Part shown: piece by piece, positions 28,774 through 39,999 of the stretch | Layout of the letters: each line of letters begins with the position of its first letter | Numbering within the stretch: the first letter of the stretch is position 1 | NCBI GenBank assembly: GCA_963713865.1 | Contig: OY970208.1 | Coordinates: forward strand, 1,251,422-1,315,421 | Length of the DNA: 64,000 bases | DNA from: an uncultured candidate division Zixibacteria bacterium | Lineage (GTDB): Bacteria > Zixibacteria > MSB-5A5 > RBG-16-43-9 | Reading direction: 5' to 3' | The notes under the pieces: model-generated | Told to the model about the DNA's origin: nothing | What the model saw: only the letters and a program-made list of their open reading frames with translations | Database searches by the model: none | Position numbers and translations under genes: made by a program

Positions 28774-30339
28774 ATGGAATACAAAGGTAGGATCATCGGG
28801 AAAAGTATTACCGAGATTTATTTCCGGACTTTTTATGAGGAGGAGCTTCATTTAGGGGATATTTTGGTGGCGCAGGATGAGGAAAAGAATCTTCCTTTCT
28901 ATCTAAGGGTGGTGGAGGTTAGTTACGGAGTCGAAGCAACTGATCCGGACTGGGCTTCCCGCACTGCGGGGAATATGATGCTCCTGGACCGGCAGAATGA
29001 GTCCTACCAGTTTCAGGAAAAGGAAAGGAGACTTTTCAAAATCGGGAAGTGTGTTCCCTTAGGTTATGTTAAGAACAATCAGTTCAGAAAACCGAAAACC
29101 ATACCGGAACATTTTTCCAGAGTTCGCACTCCAGACAATGAAGATTTTCTTTTCCTGAAAAAATATATGGGGGATATAGAAATTGGGCAACTGCGTTCCG
29201 GCGTAGAGATAATTGATTTCAAAATAGGAATCTCCGGAGAGCTTTTTCCCTATCATATCGGATTATTCGCTACCACCGGTATGGGAAAAAGTAACTTGAT
29301 GAAGGTGTTAGCCAGTTCAGTTTTAGAATCGGGCAAATACGGAATGCTGATTCTGGACCCGCATGGCGAATATTATGATGGAGGCGGTGACCCGAAACAT
29401 AAGGGGTTGATTGATCATCCCTTAGCAAAAGAATGGCTGAGAGTCTATTCTTCCAGAGATTTGAAAGGTCCTTATAATAAACTCAAGATAAGTTCCAGGG
29501 AAATAGAGATCAAGGATGTCAGGCAGATCTACGGATTCACACAGGCACAGGTAGAGGCGTTATATGCCTTAGCTCATCATTTCGGGAGGGATTGGCTGGA
29601 GGGACTGAAGAGAAGCTCCATTCAAGAGCTGGCGATGAGCTTGTCCTCTGGCGGTGCTTTTTTTGAATCGACTATCGGGGTAATACAGAGAAGGGCTGAA
29701 CAGATATTAAGGCTTCCATTTGTACATGGCGACCCGAATGTTTCAATTACTTTAAATGTGATTAATGACCTCGCTTCAGGCAAAGTGATTTTAATCGACA
29801 CTTCCAATATGTCAGAACAGGAGGAGCTTTTGATCTCAGCGGTTCTGGCACGGGCGGTTTTCTCCAGGAATAAAGAAGCATATCAAGACCCGGCTAAGTT
29901 TAAGAAGATTCTGCCTACTTTGATCGTGATGGAAGAAGCCCAGAGAGTTTTATCTCAAAAGGGCGAAGCGGATATTAATATTTTTGCTCAAATCTCAAGA
30001 GAAGGAAGGAAATTCAAGACCGGGCTTTGTGCCATTACTCAACAGCCGAAACTGATCGATGAAGAGCTTTTGTCCCAGTTCAATACCCTTTTCATTTTGG
30101 GTTTAGCAGATGAGCGTGATAGGAATATCCTGAAAAGCTCTGCTAAGCAGGATATCTCCGATTTAGGAACAGAGATTCAGATGTTGGAAGCAGGGGAGGC
30201 TTTGATCACCTCGCCTCAAGCACCTTTTGCCATACCAGCTAAGGTTTACTTATTTGAAGAATGGCTAAAGGAAAGAAAAAACGTTTCGAAAGATAAGAAT
30301 TCCTTGGATGTAAAAGTGGATGAGGGGTTTTTTAAGTAA
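28774..30339 (+). CDS. herA: HerA/DUF87 ATPase (helicase/translocase)
   Basis: HAS-barrel-like N-terminus, Walker A ATTGMGKS, LDPHGEY, MEEAQ, REGRKF, ITQQP. Confidence 0.88.
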   Translation: MEYKGRIIGKSITEIYFRTFYEEELHLGDILVAQDEEKNLPFYLRVVEVSYGVEATDPDWASRTAGNMMLLDRQNESYQFQEKERRLFKIGKCVPLGYVKNNQFRKPKTIPEHFSRVRTPDNEDFLFLKKYMGDIEIGQLRSGVEIIDFKIGISGELFPYHIGLFATTGMGKSNLMKVLASSVLESGKYGMLILDPHGEYYDGGGDPKHKGLIDHPLAKEWLRVYSSRDLKGPYNKLKISSREIEIKDVRQIYGFTQAQVEALYALAHHFGRDWLEGLKRSSIQELAMSLSSGGAFFESTIGVIQRRAEQILRLPFVHGDPNVSITLNVINDLASGKVILIDTSNMSEQEELLISAVLARAVFSRNKEAYQDPAKFKKILPTLIVMEEAQRVLSQKGEADINIFAQISREGRKFKTGLCAITQQPKLIDEELLSQFNTLFILGLADERDRNILKSSAKQDISDLGTEIQMLEAGEALITSPQAPFAIPAKVYLFEEWLKERKNVSKDKNSLDVKVDEGFFK

Positions 30340-30633
30340 GGTTAGATGTGAGATGGAAGATGTGAGACGAAAAAAAGGTTCAAAAGTTCAGATGTCCGAA
30401 GGTTCAGGGGGGAAAGAATTAATCATAGAACAAAAAAGGGAAGAAAAGTTATTCAATCAGATATTTTCTACTTTTAGATTTTTAAAATAGTAAAAGGACA
30501 GAATCCACCTGAGGCGGATTCAGTTCCTACACATTCTGGCATCGTCACGGACTATGCACTCCAAAAAAGGGCGAGTGAACCTCGCCCTTACAAATACATT
30601 TAAATGTCGGGCGTAAAGCCCAACGCTACATTT

Positions 30634-31383
30634 TTATTTTGCGATTCTCCTTTTTACTTTGCTCCAGGATGAGGTGGTGAGGAAGCTTTCTTCCATATTG
30701 CCTATCATCCGGGTGAATTTGTTTATCGGCACTGAGAAGGTTAAGGTCTCTTCGGGAACGCAGGGGCGGGCTGAGACATCGAACATTCCCAAAACTGCTC
30801 GAGGGTGGTCTGAGTTTTTTTCAAGATAAGGATATTGAACGATTGAGCCGCAGCCAGCAGAAAACGGAGCAATTACTCCACTGGATTCAACCTCATCAAA
30901 ACTGGTCAGTGTAAAAAGCCCGGACAGGACATCAGGTGGTGAGAAAAAGATAACCACCTCAGGATGATCAAAATCATCAAGCTTATCCCATCTCTTGAAA
31001 ATTATATATTTCGCTGGCGCTTTGAACTCCGGCATTTTTTTCATAATTTCTTTTACCATTTCCGGTGTTTTTTTGTAGCGCTCCCCTTCAAGTTTTCCGG
31101 GAATACCGCAGGAAAGGAAATACTCGAAATTCGGTCTTAGTGTCCGGGTAAATCCAAGGTATCTTTTTCCTCCTGCACATCCAATGTTATCAACGCTGAA
31201 ACAGCGAGATTTTCCCTTGCGCACGGGCGATAATGCACAGATCAGGCACCTGGTCTTAGGAGATAGTTTTGCTTCCTCAATCTTTTTTACCTCGTCAGTA
31301 TAATAGAAAGTTATTGGGAGATCTGCCCCATCAAAATATTTTTTCCAGAGCTGGGTAAATTTTGTTTTGATTTTCATATCCAT
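30634..31383 (-). CDS. DUF169 family protein
   Basis: GCAGGKRYLG, EGERYKKTPE, PFSAGCGSIV, GMFDVSARP; ATG 31383 after GGAGG. Confidence 0.75.
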   Translation of the reverse strand: MDMKIKTKFTQLWKKYFDGADLPITFYYTDEVKKIEEAKLSPKTRCLICALSPVRKGKSRCFSVDNIGCAGGKRYLGFTRTLRPNFEYFLSCGIPGKLEGERYKKTPEMVKEIMKKMPEFKAPAKYIIFKRWDKLDDFDHPEVVIFFSPPDVLSGLFTLTSFDEVESSGVIAPFSAGCGSIVQYPYLEKNSDHPRAVLGMFDVSARPCVPEETLTFSVPINKFTRMIGNMEESFLTTSSWSKVKRRIAK

Positions 31384-31674
31384 AAATTGTTTCCTCCGAT
31401 AGAAATTATTCTTTCTGATAGAAATGACCAACTATAGTAATATTAGGTAGTTATCTATTTTAAGTCAAGTTTAAAATTTCTTGACTTCAAATCTTTTCCA
31501 CCTTGAGGGAATGTGGGGTTACCAATTTGGTGGAACAGACCTCTGGTCTGTTCTCAGGGATCAGACAGGAATGTCTGACCTACTAATTCCTACATTGGGA
31601 GTAAGGTGGGGTTACCGATTATTTATATCGAGCAGAAAAAACAGGTCACACGGCTGAAAGCTGCTCTACAAACA

Positions 31675-32994
31675 CTATATCCCACTGAACTGCACATCTT
31701 TAAAATAGAGACTGGGCAGTCTTAGGGAGGAATATAGGTAAGGGTCGTTTCCCACTTCCACCAGCTGATTTAAGAACTCTGTAAAATTCCCGGAGATGTT
31801 CATCTCGTGCACCGGTTTTACGATTTCACCATTCTCCACATACATCCCGATAATCCCGAATGAGAAATCACCAGTGGTGGAGTTGGAATTCCCTCCTATG
31901 AATCCGGTAACTAGAATCCCTTTTTTCATACTCTTGACCATCTCATCCAACGATTTTGTGCCATAATCTGTGATGATATTTGCTGCAGAACCTGAGGTAG
32001 GCTCCATCCCCAACTTTTTACCGTAATAAGTATCTATATAATAACTTTTCAAAACACCGTTATCCAATATCACCCTTCTCTTAGCTGCCATCCCCTCTCC
32101 GTCAAACAGTCTTGAACCCAGACCAGAGAGGACAAAGGGGTCATCTATCAGGGTGAGTTTATCCGAGCCGATTTTCTGTCCTAACTTCCCTTCCAAAAAG
32201 GAGCTTTTCTGTTGAAGTGCGTAGCCGCTCATCGGTTCAGACAGGGAGTAGAAAATCCTCCAGTTGACCCGGTTCTCAACTACCACATCATATAAGCCAG
32301 ACTGCAGTTTAACCTGTCCTAATTTATTTAAGGCGCGTTTAACTGCTGATTTTGCCAAAACCTCTGAAGCTGGTAAATCCTTATGGAAACGAACCGTGCG
32401 CCAGTCCCAATCTTCAGGTCTGCTTTTTTCGTCCTGCACAGTTACCTCTGCTCCGGCAGAAAAGATCGTACCCCGGTTCTCCCCCTCAAATCCGTTGCTG
32501 TGAACTTTTGTCGATTCAAAGAAAGTGTCAGAATAACCTGCGGTGCAGGATATGATTTTATCGCTCTGAGAGGAGGCAATTTTCTCGATTTCTCCTGCGG
32601 TTTTCACTCTCTGTTCGGGGGTGACCTTTTCATAGTCCGGGTCATAAATCTGCAGGTCAACTTTCTTCTGCCCTTCGTAATATTTTGGGTCCGGGAGGGA
32701 GCGAAAAGGGTCCTGGCTCAAATATTTGGTCATCGAGACTGTTTCCGGGATAAGGCTTGAAAGGGAGTCTTTGCGGGTGTCATTAGTGGAATTGCTGGAA
32801 TAACGCTGAGTTACATAGACAGACAGACTTAAGGAGCTTTCTTTTGACTCCTTGAGTTTTTCCAGTTTACCGTCTCTATATTCCACCTGAATGTTCCTGT
32901 TGGTGGAAACATTGACTGCCACCTCATCGGCACCGCTTTTCTTAGCCTGTGTCACTGCCCAGTGAGCTAACTCCAATCTTTCTTTTCTATTCAT
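31675..32994 (-). CDS. pmbA: TldE/PmbA family protein
   Basis: FDGEG, GGNSNSTTGDFSFG, EMNISGN; downstream of tldD. Confidence 0.88.
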   Translation of the reverse strand: MNRKERLELAHWAVTQAKKSGADEVAVNVSTNRNIQVEYRDGKLEKLKESKESSLSLSVYVTQRYSSNSTNDTRKDSLSSLIPETVSMTKYLSQDPFRSLPDPKYYEGQKKVDLQIYDPDYEKVTPEQRVKTAGEIEKIASSQSDKIISCTAGYSDTFFESTKVHSNGFEGENRGTIFSAGAEVTVQDEKSRPEDWDWRTVRFHKDLPASEVLAKSAVKRALNKLGQVKLQSGLYDVVVENRVNWRIFYSLSEPMSGYALQQKSSFLEGKLGQKIGSDKLTLIDDPFVLSGLGSRLFDGEGMAAKRRVILDNGVLKSYYIDTYYGKKLGMEPTSGSAANIITDYGTKSLDEMVKSMKKGILVTGFIGGNSNSTTGDFSFGIIGMYVENGEIVKPVHEMNISGNFTEFLNQLVEVGNDPYLYSSLRLPSLYFKDVQFSGI

Positions 32995-33052
32995 ATCTCT
33001 AACCCTGTTTTTTGAAGTTATCGAAGTTTTTTTGAAAGCTAACGTTTTAGTT

Positions 33053-34594
33053 TTATGAGGTTACTCCTCCTACCGTTATGGCCGAGACTTTGGTGGTTGG
33101 AAGACCATCTGAAACCGGAACTCCCTGGCCATCTTTGCCACAGGTTCCTCCACCCTCCTCTAATTTGAAGTCATCTGCAACCATTACTATCCTTTTAAGC
33201 ACCTCAGGACCATTCCCGATTATATTTACATCTTTGACCGGTCGGGTCAGTTTGCCATCCTCAATCAGAGACCCTGATTTGACATAAAAAGTAAAATCTC
33301 CTGCCCCTATATGCACTTCACCGTTGGTAAATGATTCCGCATACAGTCCCTTTTTCACGCTCTGGATTATCTCCTCCCTGGTATGGGGACCGGGAAGCAT
33401 ATAGGTATTTCTCATTCGCGGAATGGGAGGGTGGCGGAAAGACTCTCTTCTTGCGTTTCCAGTAGGCTTGACTTTATAATGCTTTGAGCTGATATAATCG
33501 TGCATATAGCTTTTCAGGATTCCGTTTTCGACCAGGAAGGTTTTCTCGGTGATATTCCCCTCATCATCTATGTTGATCGATCCGCGGGAATTAGGATAGG
33601 TGCCGTCATCCACTATACTGACAAAGCTTTCCGCCACCTTCTGATTCATTTTATCCGAGAAGATCGAAATTTTCTTGCGGTTAAAATCCGCTTCCATACC
33701 ATGTCCGATTGCCTCGTGCAGAAGAATGCCTGAGTTACCTGCAGCCAGAACCACCTCCATCTCCCCTCCTTCAGGCTTCACCGCCTCAAATAAAGCCACA
33801 GTTCTTCTGACTGCTTCATCTGCCAGAAGATTTTCCCTTTCAGAAGTGTAGTACTCGATCCCCTGACGTCCACCCAAACCGTAATAGTTCTGTTCCTTTC
33901 TTACATCCTCCTCGGCATTGCATGAAACATAAATCATAGTCATCGGCTGATAATCATAGGCAATTTTACCCTCCGAGTCTGCTACCAGGATATAGGTGCT
34001 CTCGTCATTGAACCAGATCTGGGACTTAATCACCCTTTTATCATTAGCAAATACTCTATCATTTATCTTCTGAAGGTAAGGAATTTTCTTATCTATTTTG
34101 ACTTCTTCCCACGGGTTTTCAATCGGATAATAATTAGGTGCAGGATTTAGTTTTAACTCCTGAGGAGGTAAATTCCTACTCTGGCTGGCTATGTTAGCTG
34201 CGGTTTTGGCAGCCAGTTTCATCGCCTGTGGAGAAAGGTCTTCAGTAAAAGAGTAACCTGTCTGCTCACCTTCAATTACCCGAATCCCCACCCCGTAATC
34301 CACATCGGTGTAGGCTCGGTTGACTGATTTATCCTCCAGACCTATCCAGTTAGTGATGCGGTGCTGGAAGAAGATATCGCAGTAATCTCCACCTTTCTCC
34401 AGGGCTGCTGCCATAACCTCCCTTATAATCTTCTCATCCACCCCGAAGTGTCTATAGTAATCGCTTAACTTTCCATCTTCTCCCGGGGAAGAAAAAGCCA
34501 GCAAGGGGTCTGCCTTGAAGATAAAAGGAATCGTGGCAAAAGCCACCCCCTGGGCACTCCATTTCAAAAACTCCCGGCGTTTGATCTTATCCAT
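33053..34594 (-). CDS. tldD: TldD family metalloprotease with twin-arginine signal
   Basis: HEAIGHGMEAD, PRMRNTY, CGKDGQGVPV; N-terminal KRREFLK. Confidence 0.9.
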   Translation of the reverse strand: MDKIKRREFLKWSAQGVAFATIPFIFKADPLLAFSSPGEDGKLSDYYRHFGVDEKIIREVMAAALEKGGDYCDIFFQHRITNWIGLEDKSVNRAYTDVDYGVGIRVIEGEQTGYSFTEDLSPQAMKLAAKTAANIASQSRNLPPQELKLNPAPNYYPIENPWEEVKIDKKIPYLQKINDRVFANDKRVIKSQIWFNDESTYILVADSEGKIAYDYQPMTMIYVSCNAEEDVRKEQNYYGLGGRQGIEYYTSERENLLADEAVRRTVALFEAVKPEGGEMEVVLAAGNSGILLHEAIGHGMEADFNRKKISIFSDKMNQKVAESFVSIVDDGTYPNSRGSINIDDEGNITEKTFLVENGILKSYMHDYISSKHYKVKPTGNARRESFRHPPIPRMRNTYMLPGPHTREEIIQSVKKGLYAESFTNGEVHIGAGDFTFYVKSGSLIEDGKLTRPVKDVNIIGNGPEVLKRIVMVADDFKLEEGGGTCGKDGQGVPVSDGLPTTKVSAITVGGVTS

Positions 34595-34838
34595 ATCCTA
34601 TCCTCCATCAATTTTTTAAAAGGTTAACTCCTGATATTTTGATTTGGGAAACTATTATCGGCTGGGGTGTTTATATAAAGCATCATTATAAAGAGGTAAG
34701 GCAAAAAGTTATACTCAACTTATTTTACGATAAAAGATAGAAAAAGTTCTATTTTTTAAAGTTAGGACAGGGATAAGCCCTGTCCCTACAAAAAACTCTT
34801 TTTTAAAAAGCCTATAGAAACACCATTTTACCGTGATT

Positions 34839-37269
34839 TTATAAGTTCCACCAGTAATTGATTTTCAATAAGAAAGTATTTCCGGGCACTGTATCGAAAA
34901 GGTTGTTCCAGTCGCGTTTGAATTTGAAATTACCGATATTTTCAGCAGTTTCGCGGGATTGAGTCCAGACTAAGAACAGGGTGCTTCCCGGTCGATATTC
35001 CCAGCGTAAGACCACGTTGGAGTTGAAAGACTTCCAGTTGAAATCTGGCTGGTAATCTCTTTCGTTGAAAACGGTTGAATCCACATATTCATATTTGTCC
35101 GGAGGGATGAATCTTTTGAAGTTGTTATAATCCACTGCAGCAATGAAGGGTTGGGCATAGACCTGTAAGGTCAGATCTTTGGTAAAGGTGAAAGTTCCCC
35201 TTAAGGTCATATCGAATCGTTTAACTTCCTCCTCGCCAAAGGATGTCATCAATCCTGTTGCCATCGCTATCTGTGAGATAAGTTAGCCATCTGGAAACGC
35301 CCCGGGAATGCATATAGCCGGGACCACCGCTGAATTCGAGATTAGATTTAGGAGTGAAATTGAACCAGAGGCCATAGTAATTATAATGTCCATCCTTGGT
35401 ATCTCCACCCTCTATATTTGGATTAAACTGCCACCATTTTCTGCTATCTGTATTCAACCAGAACCAATAGCTTTGTCCCCAGGGGATTTTGACTGTCGGT
35501 CCACCTCTGGTCTCACGGTCATCATAGGTAACATCAAAATCTAACCAGGTTCCACCACCAAAATTCCAGTTATTTACCAGCTCTATAGAGTTATTGAAAT
35601 TCCATCCCTGGTTCAGTCTCAACCCGGATAAATTTTCAGTGATGTCAAGGTTGAAATTATTATAGGTTTTGCTTATAAGCCACCATTTTTTTGTGGTTTT
35701 GTATTGCAGCCAGGCTTCGATTTCTTTGAAGCCAGAACGTCTAAAAAATCCCAGGTGATTCAACTGTAGTTTATCATCAACATATAGTCCCTCTATCGTT
35801 CCAAGGATATGCTCTCCGCCTTCCTTGTTAAAACTTAACCATCCACCATAGCCATCCTGCTCGGGTTCGGTTCTGGAACCCACCATCTGCCCTTTAAAAC
35901 TATAATCGCCTTTATGAAAGCGTAAAGTCCAGTCTACTCCTCCGGTTTAGGCAGGTTGAAAGCTTTTCTGATTAACTGCGGTTAACATTACTCCCACAGT
36001 AGAATTTCTTAAAATATCCTGCATAACCCGACCTACAAAGTAGTTTGCTTCTGGTTCTATGACCTCTGTTTTTCGATAACCGTCTTCGTGCATAAACTCC
36101 GCTTTTTCCCTTTGAGTTACTGCCTCCAAAATCCCGATGGAAGTTCCACCTTTTGTTTTTCCACTGAGTTTCCCTGCAGCTAAGATCGTGGTGGAACTGG
36201 GCTTTTTAAGATAGTAATCTACACCATCTGGTATCTGAGAGGGCATTTTTCCAATACGGCGAGAATAAAAGAGGTCTGCCGGGGTCTCAAATATCTTGAA
36301 TCCTTCAAGGAAAAAAGGGCGTTTTTCTTGATAAAAGGTTTCGAAAGTCGTCAGGTTCAGGACAGTCTGGTCTGCTTCTACCTGACCGAAATCGGGATTT
36401 ACCGTAGCATCCAAGGTTATATTGGAGGTGATACCATATTTGAGGTCAAATCCCACGTTTCCAAAGAAATCCCTGCCATCCGGATTACCCAGATTTTTAG
36501 GTTCGGTCTGTTCGTAAGAGACAGCATAGGGGAGTACTTCTAATCTTTTTGGAGCGGGGATTTTATCCAATCCTTTCAAATGACCGAAATGAGAAACAAA
36601 ACCGCTTGCTTTTTCCGGGATATAGACCCACCGGTCCAGTTCATTGTTGTGTCTTATCTGCCGGCTAAAGTAAATCCCCCAGACCGGGTTTTGCTCAGAA
36701 GCAAAGCGTAAGCAGTGAAAAGGGATTTTAAATTCAGCAGTCCAGCCGGAACTGGTTCTACGGGCAGCAGAGTCCCAGATGCCATCCCAGGAGTCATCGC
36801 TCCAGTTGTCATTATAGTAATATGAGTCCTTCTGCGTTCCAGACACATATAAGGTGAAAGCATAAGCGGTTTGGTGGTCGTGGTGGCTATCTATTATCAC
36901 GTTGAACAGGTCATTATCTGCCCACCTATCCCTTCGGGTTAACCGGCTGATGATTTTGTCCGGCTTTGAATCGTATAAATCTACACCTACATATAGAGCA
37001 TCATCGTCATATGCTACCCTGACGAATGTGGATTCTGTGGCAGGTTTTCCTTCATCCGGCTGATACTGGATGAAATCCCCTGAGCGAGGTGCTTGTTGCC
37101 AGAAGTTCTCATCCAGCACGCCATCTATTTTTGCTCCCTCATTAATACGGATAGCGGTGATGCTTTTAACAGTATCCTCGTCTGTTTTTTGAGCTAAGAT
37201 ATTTGTAGAGCTTAAATCAAGGGAAAAGAAGAATGCTAAAAAAGTGAAGATCCGCTTGCAACTTTGCAT
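34839..37269 (-). pseudogene. DUF5916 / CBM9-like outer-membrane protein, interrupted
   Basis: IDGVLDE..W, WTAEFKIPF, NPDFGQVEAD, EKRPFFLEG, LFYSRRIG, C-terminal KINYWWNL; in-frame TAA at 35947-35949 and +1 frameshift at ~35241. Confidence 0.75.
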
Positions 37270-37593
37270 TTCAGTTCCCTCAGGTTTTGTTTGATTTTTC
37301 CAAGGAACATTGCTTAGAGATCAGGGAATTCATCCCTTATTCGATATATCTCTTTATACTTAAATAACAATTGAAAGGTTTCTTAATTTTGAGATATTTT
37401 AAAGTAATAAACCTCAATGAATATTATTATATTTTCCCGTCAGGTCAGTGGACCTGCTGGACACAAGAATACCTTTAATATATGCAGAGTGCTTCGTCGT
37501 TCCCTACGGGGTCTCCCCGCAATGACAGGGTCCTGCCGGGCAAAATCGATATTTTCTCAATGGTAAAAAATAAAAGGTGAAAGTATATAAAAT

Positions 37594-37842
37594 AAGTCTA
37601 AAGGCTATAGGCTAAAGTCTAAAGTCAAAAATCTAATAGCGAACACTAAAAATAGCCTCACAGCAGATTAAAGGGATTAAGCTGAAAAATACTTCAAAGA
37701 AGAAGGCTAAAATCTAAAGGCTAAAGGCAAAAGGCGAAAAAAATGACTGATGTCGGATGACGGATAAAAGAAAAAAAGTTAAAAGATAAAAATATTCTAA
37801 AGTCTAAAAATCAAAAAGCTAACAGCTAAACGCTAATAGCGA
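37594..37842 (+). repeat. heptamer microrepeat leader (CTAAAGT/CTAAAGG/CTATAGG and AATAGC/AACAGC units)
   Basis: Same units recur at 38281, 38519, 41951, 46028, 46963 and weakly at 5719, each upstream of a phage-like gene. Confidence 0.75.
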
Positions 37843-37857
37843 AGAAAGGAGGAAAAA

Positions 37858-38277
37858 ATGGGAATAAGGGAACAGGATTTAGAGGTGACCGGGGCGATTT
37901 ATGCTACTTTTTCCATTAAACAAACTTCAGGTATGGATGACCTAAAAGACCAGGATTTGGGAAAGGCAGTACAAATAACTTCTGGCAATACGGTTGGTCC
38001 ATCCACAGATGGGTCGATGGTTCTGGGTAAGTTAGTGGATTTATCATTGACCGATGCGGACAATGGTAAGAGGGTGGCTACTGTTCAGCTTAAAGGGATT
38101 ATGACGCTACCTATTACAACAACTTATCCGGTGGTAGGAAATCGGGTAGTGGGTGGAGCGAACGGAACCGTAAGGCAAGCTCCAGTTTTGACCGGGTATG
38201 ATCCGGCTGGAGGGAATTTAGCCAGAGGAACGGTTATTGCGGTGAGTGGGACAATGGAATGTACGCTTATTCTATAA
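37858..38277 (+). CDS. phage capsid decoration (head cement) protein-like
   Basis: 139-aa beta/Gly-rich protein (GKAVQIT..NTVG, VATVQLKG) directly upstream of the capsid gene; AAAGGAGG RBS. Confidence 0.7.
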   Translation: MGIREQDLEVTGAIYATFSIKQTSGMDDLKDQDLGKAVQITSGNTVGPSTDGSMVLGKLVDLSLTDADNGKRVATVQLKGIMTLPITTTYPVVGNRVVGGANGTVRQAPVLTGYDPAGGNLARGTVIAVSGTMECTLIL

Positions 38278-38667
38278 AAAAGTCTAAAGGCTATAGTCTA
38301 AAGGCAAAAGGCGAAAACAAATGACTGATGTCGGAGGGTGAATGACGGATGAAAGATAAAGGGAAAAGGAAGATGATAAAAGTTCAAGGGAAGAAGAAAA
38401 GATGCTGTCATTGCGAGAAGTCCCCATAGGGGACGACGAAGCAATCTACTCAGTATAGACAGGTTGCTTCGTCTCGCCTCCGGCAGCGGACTCGCAATGA
38501 CAGGCAGATAAGATCATTAGGCTAAAGTCTAAAGGTTATAGTCTAAGGTCCTTAGATCAAAAAGCGAATAGCTAGTCACGAAAGAAAAAACCAGGAGTGC
38601 GAAAGCTTGCTTTTGCTGATTTCGAAAAGCATCAGCACGCTGATGCTCTCCAGAGAAAGGAGAAAAA

Positions 38668-39789
38668 ATGGAATTAGAAAAATTGCTTCTGGAGATGGAT
38701 AGATCTCCACATCTGGCTAAACTCTTAGAATTAGCTTCAAAGGAGAAGCCAATCCCTGCAAGTTTAGACCTGGCCAGGGCTAAAAGCTTAAAATTGGGGC
38801 AGGAGACTTATTTAGAGGCACAGAATAGAGGGGTCAGCTTGTCTGAGCTTTTAGAGACTGAGGAGTATGATCCATCGCCCATCGATTCACCTCTAGATGC
38901 ATTTGAAAGACAACTTTTAGTCCACGATGTTAAAGTAGGCGGTAGAAATCCTGTAACCGTGGAGATGTTCTACCAGGGCGCACCAGCACTTCTTCCTGAA
39001 TTTATGCTCCGGGAGATAAAGCAGGGGCAGAAGATGAGGCCTGAATTATCAAAGTTCTTAGCTTCATCTGCTCAGATTTCCAATTCACGTTATACCCCTT
39101 TTTATGTAAATGTTATGCCTTCGCAGAAAAAGCTTTCTTTGAGACCTATCGGGGATCAGGTAGAAATTCCAACTATCTCTATTGCTGAGCAGGAGCATAC
39201 GATCGTTGTTCCGGATTATGGTGTTACTTTGAAGACCTCTTACAAGGCTTTGAGGTCCAGGACCACTGCTCAGTTTAAAGTACTCTTATGGTATATCGGT
39301 TTCAGACTACAAGCGGATAAGATGGGTCTGGTGGTTAATACTATCATCAACGGGGATGGGAACAGCAACTCTTCCACAGTTTTTAATACAGCCACTTCCG
39401 GCTCTCTGCTCTATTCAGATTTGATCAGTTTATGGAACGAGTTTTTCCCTTTTGAGATGAATACGATTGTCTGTCATAAAAACCTTTTGCGCACTATCCT
39501 GACGATGAGCGAATTCAAAGACCCGATGGCAGGTTTCAATTTTCAGAGAACCGGAGAGTTAGTTTCTCCTTTGGGCTCGACTTTGATAAGGTGCGATGAT
39601 GTTCCTACAGATTTAGTTATCGGACTGGATAATCGCTTTGCGATTGAGGAGGTAATAACCCAGCCTCTAATGGTGGAATATGATAAGGTGATCGAGCAGA
39701 AGTTAGAGGAGGCGGTTATCTCCGAATCGGTAGCTTATGCGAAGGTGATTAAAAAGGCATCGCTGGTTCTGGACACGGTCTGGACGTAA
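38668..39789 (+). CDS. phage major capsid protein (HK97 fold)
   Basis: LDAFERQL, LLPEF, SYKAL, INGDGNSN, PFEMNT, EFKDP..GFNFQRTG, IGLD.RFAIE, VEYDKVIEQKLEEA match a prophage MCP family I recognise; AAAGGAG RBS. Confidence 0.85.
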   Translation: MELEKLLLEMDRSPHLAKLLELASKEKPIPASLDLARAKSLKLGQETYLEAQNRGVSLSELLETEEYDPSPIDSPLDAFERQLLVHDVKVGGRNPVTVEMFYQGAPALLPEFMLREIKQGQKMRPELSKFLASSAQISNSRYTPFYVNVMPSQKKLSLRPIGDQVEIPTISIAEQEHTIVVPDYGVTLKTSYKALRSRTTAQFKVLLWYIGFRLQADKMGLVVNTIINGDGNSNSSTVFNTATSGSLLYSDLISLWNEFFPFEMNTIVCHKNLLRTILTMSEFKDPMAGFNFQRTGELVSPLGSTLIRCDDVPTDLVIGLDNRFAIEEVITQPLMVEYDKVIEQKLEEAVISESVAYAKVIKKASLVLDTVWT

Positions 39790-39902
39790 AAGAAAGGTTT
39801 AAAGGTTCAAAAGTTCAAGGAAAAAAGATAAAGGAAAATGAAAGAAGGAAAATAAAAAAAAATTACGGATTTTGAATTTTGAATGATGGCTGAATTCACG
39901 TA

Positions 39903-39932
39903 GGGGAGGGGCTTGTCCCCTCCCCTTTTTTT
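39903..39932 (+). terminator. hairpin plus T-tract after the capsid gene (REP-derived)
   Basis: GGGGAGGGG-CTTGT-CCCCTCCCC-TTTTTTT. Confidence 0.55.
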
Positions 39933-39999
39933 CGCCCCAACGCGGGCGACCACAGGGGGTTGCCCCTACCACTTCTATCTTCCATTTGTCATTGTTTTT

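Noticed and set aside
38668-39789. Encapsulin nanocompartment
   Set aside because: Sequence and context (decoration protein, protease, adaptor, lysin/holin) fit a phage-type capsid; no encapsulin cargo enzyme nearby
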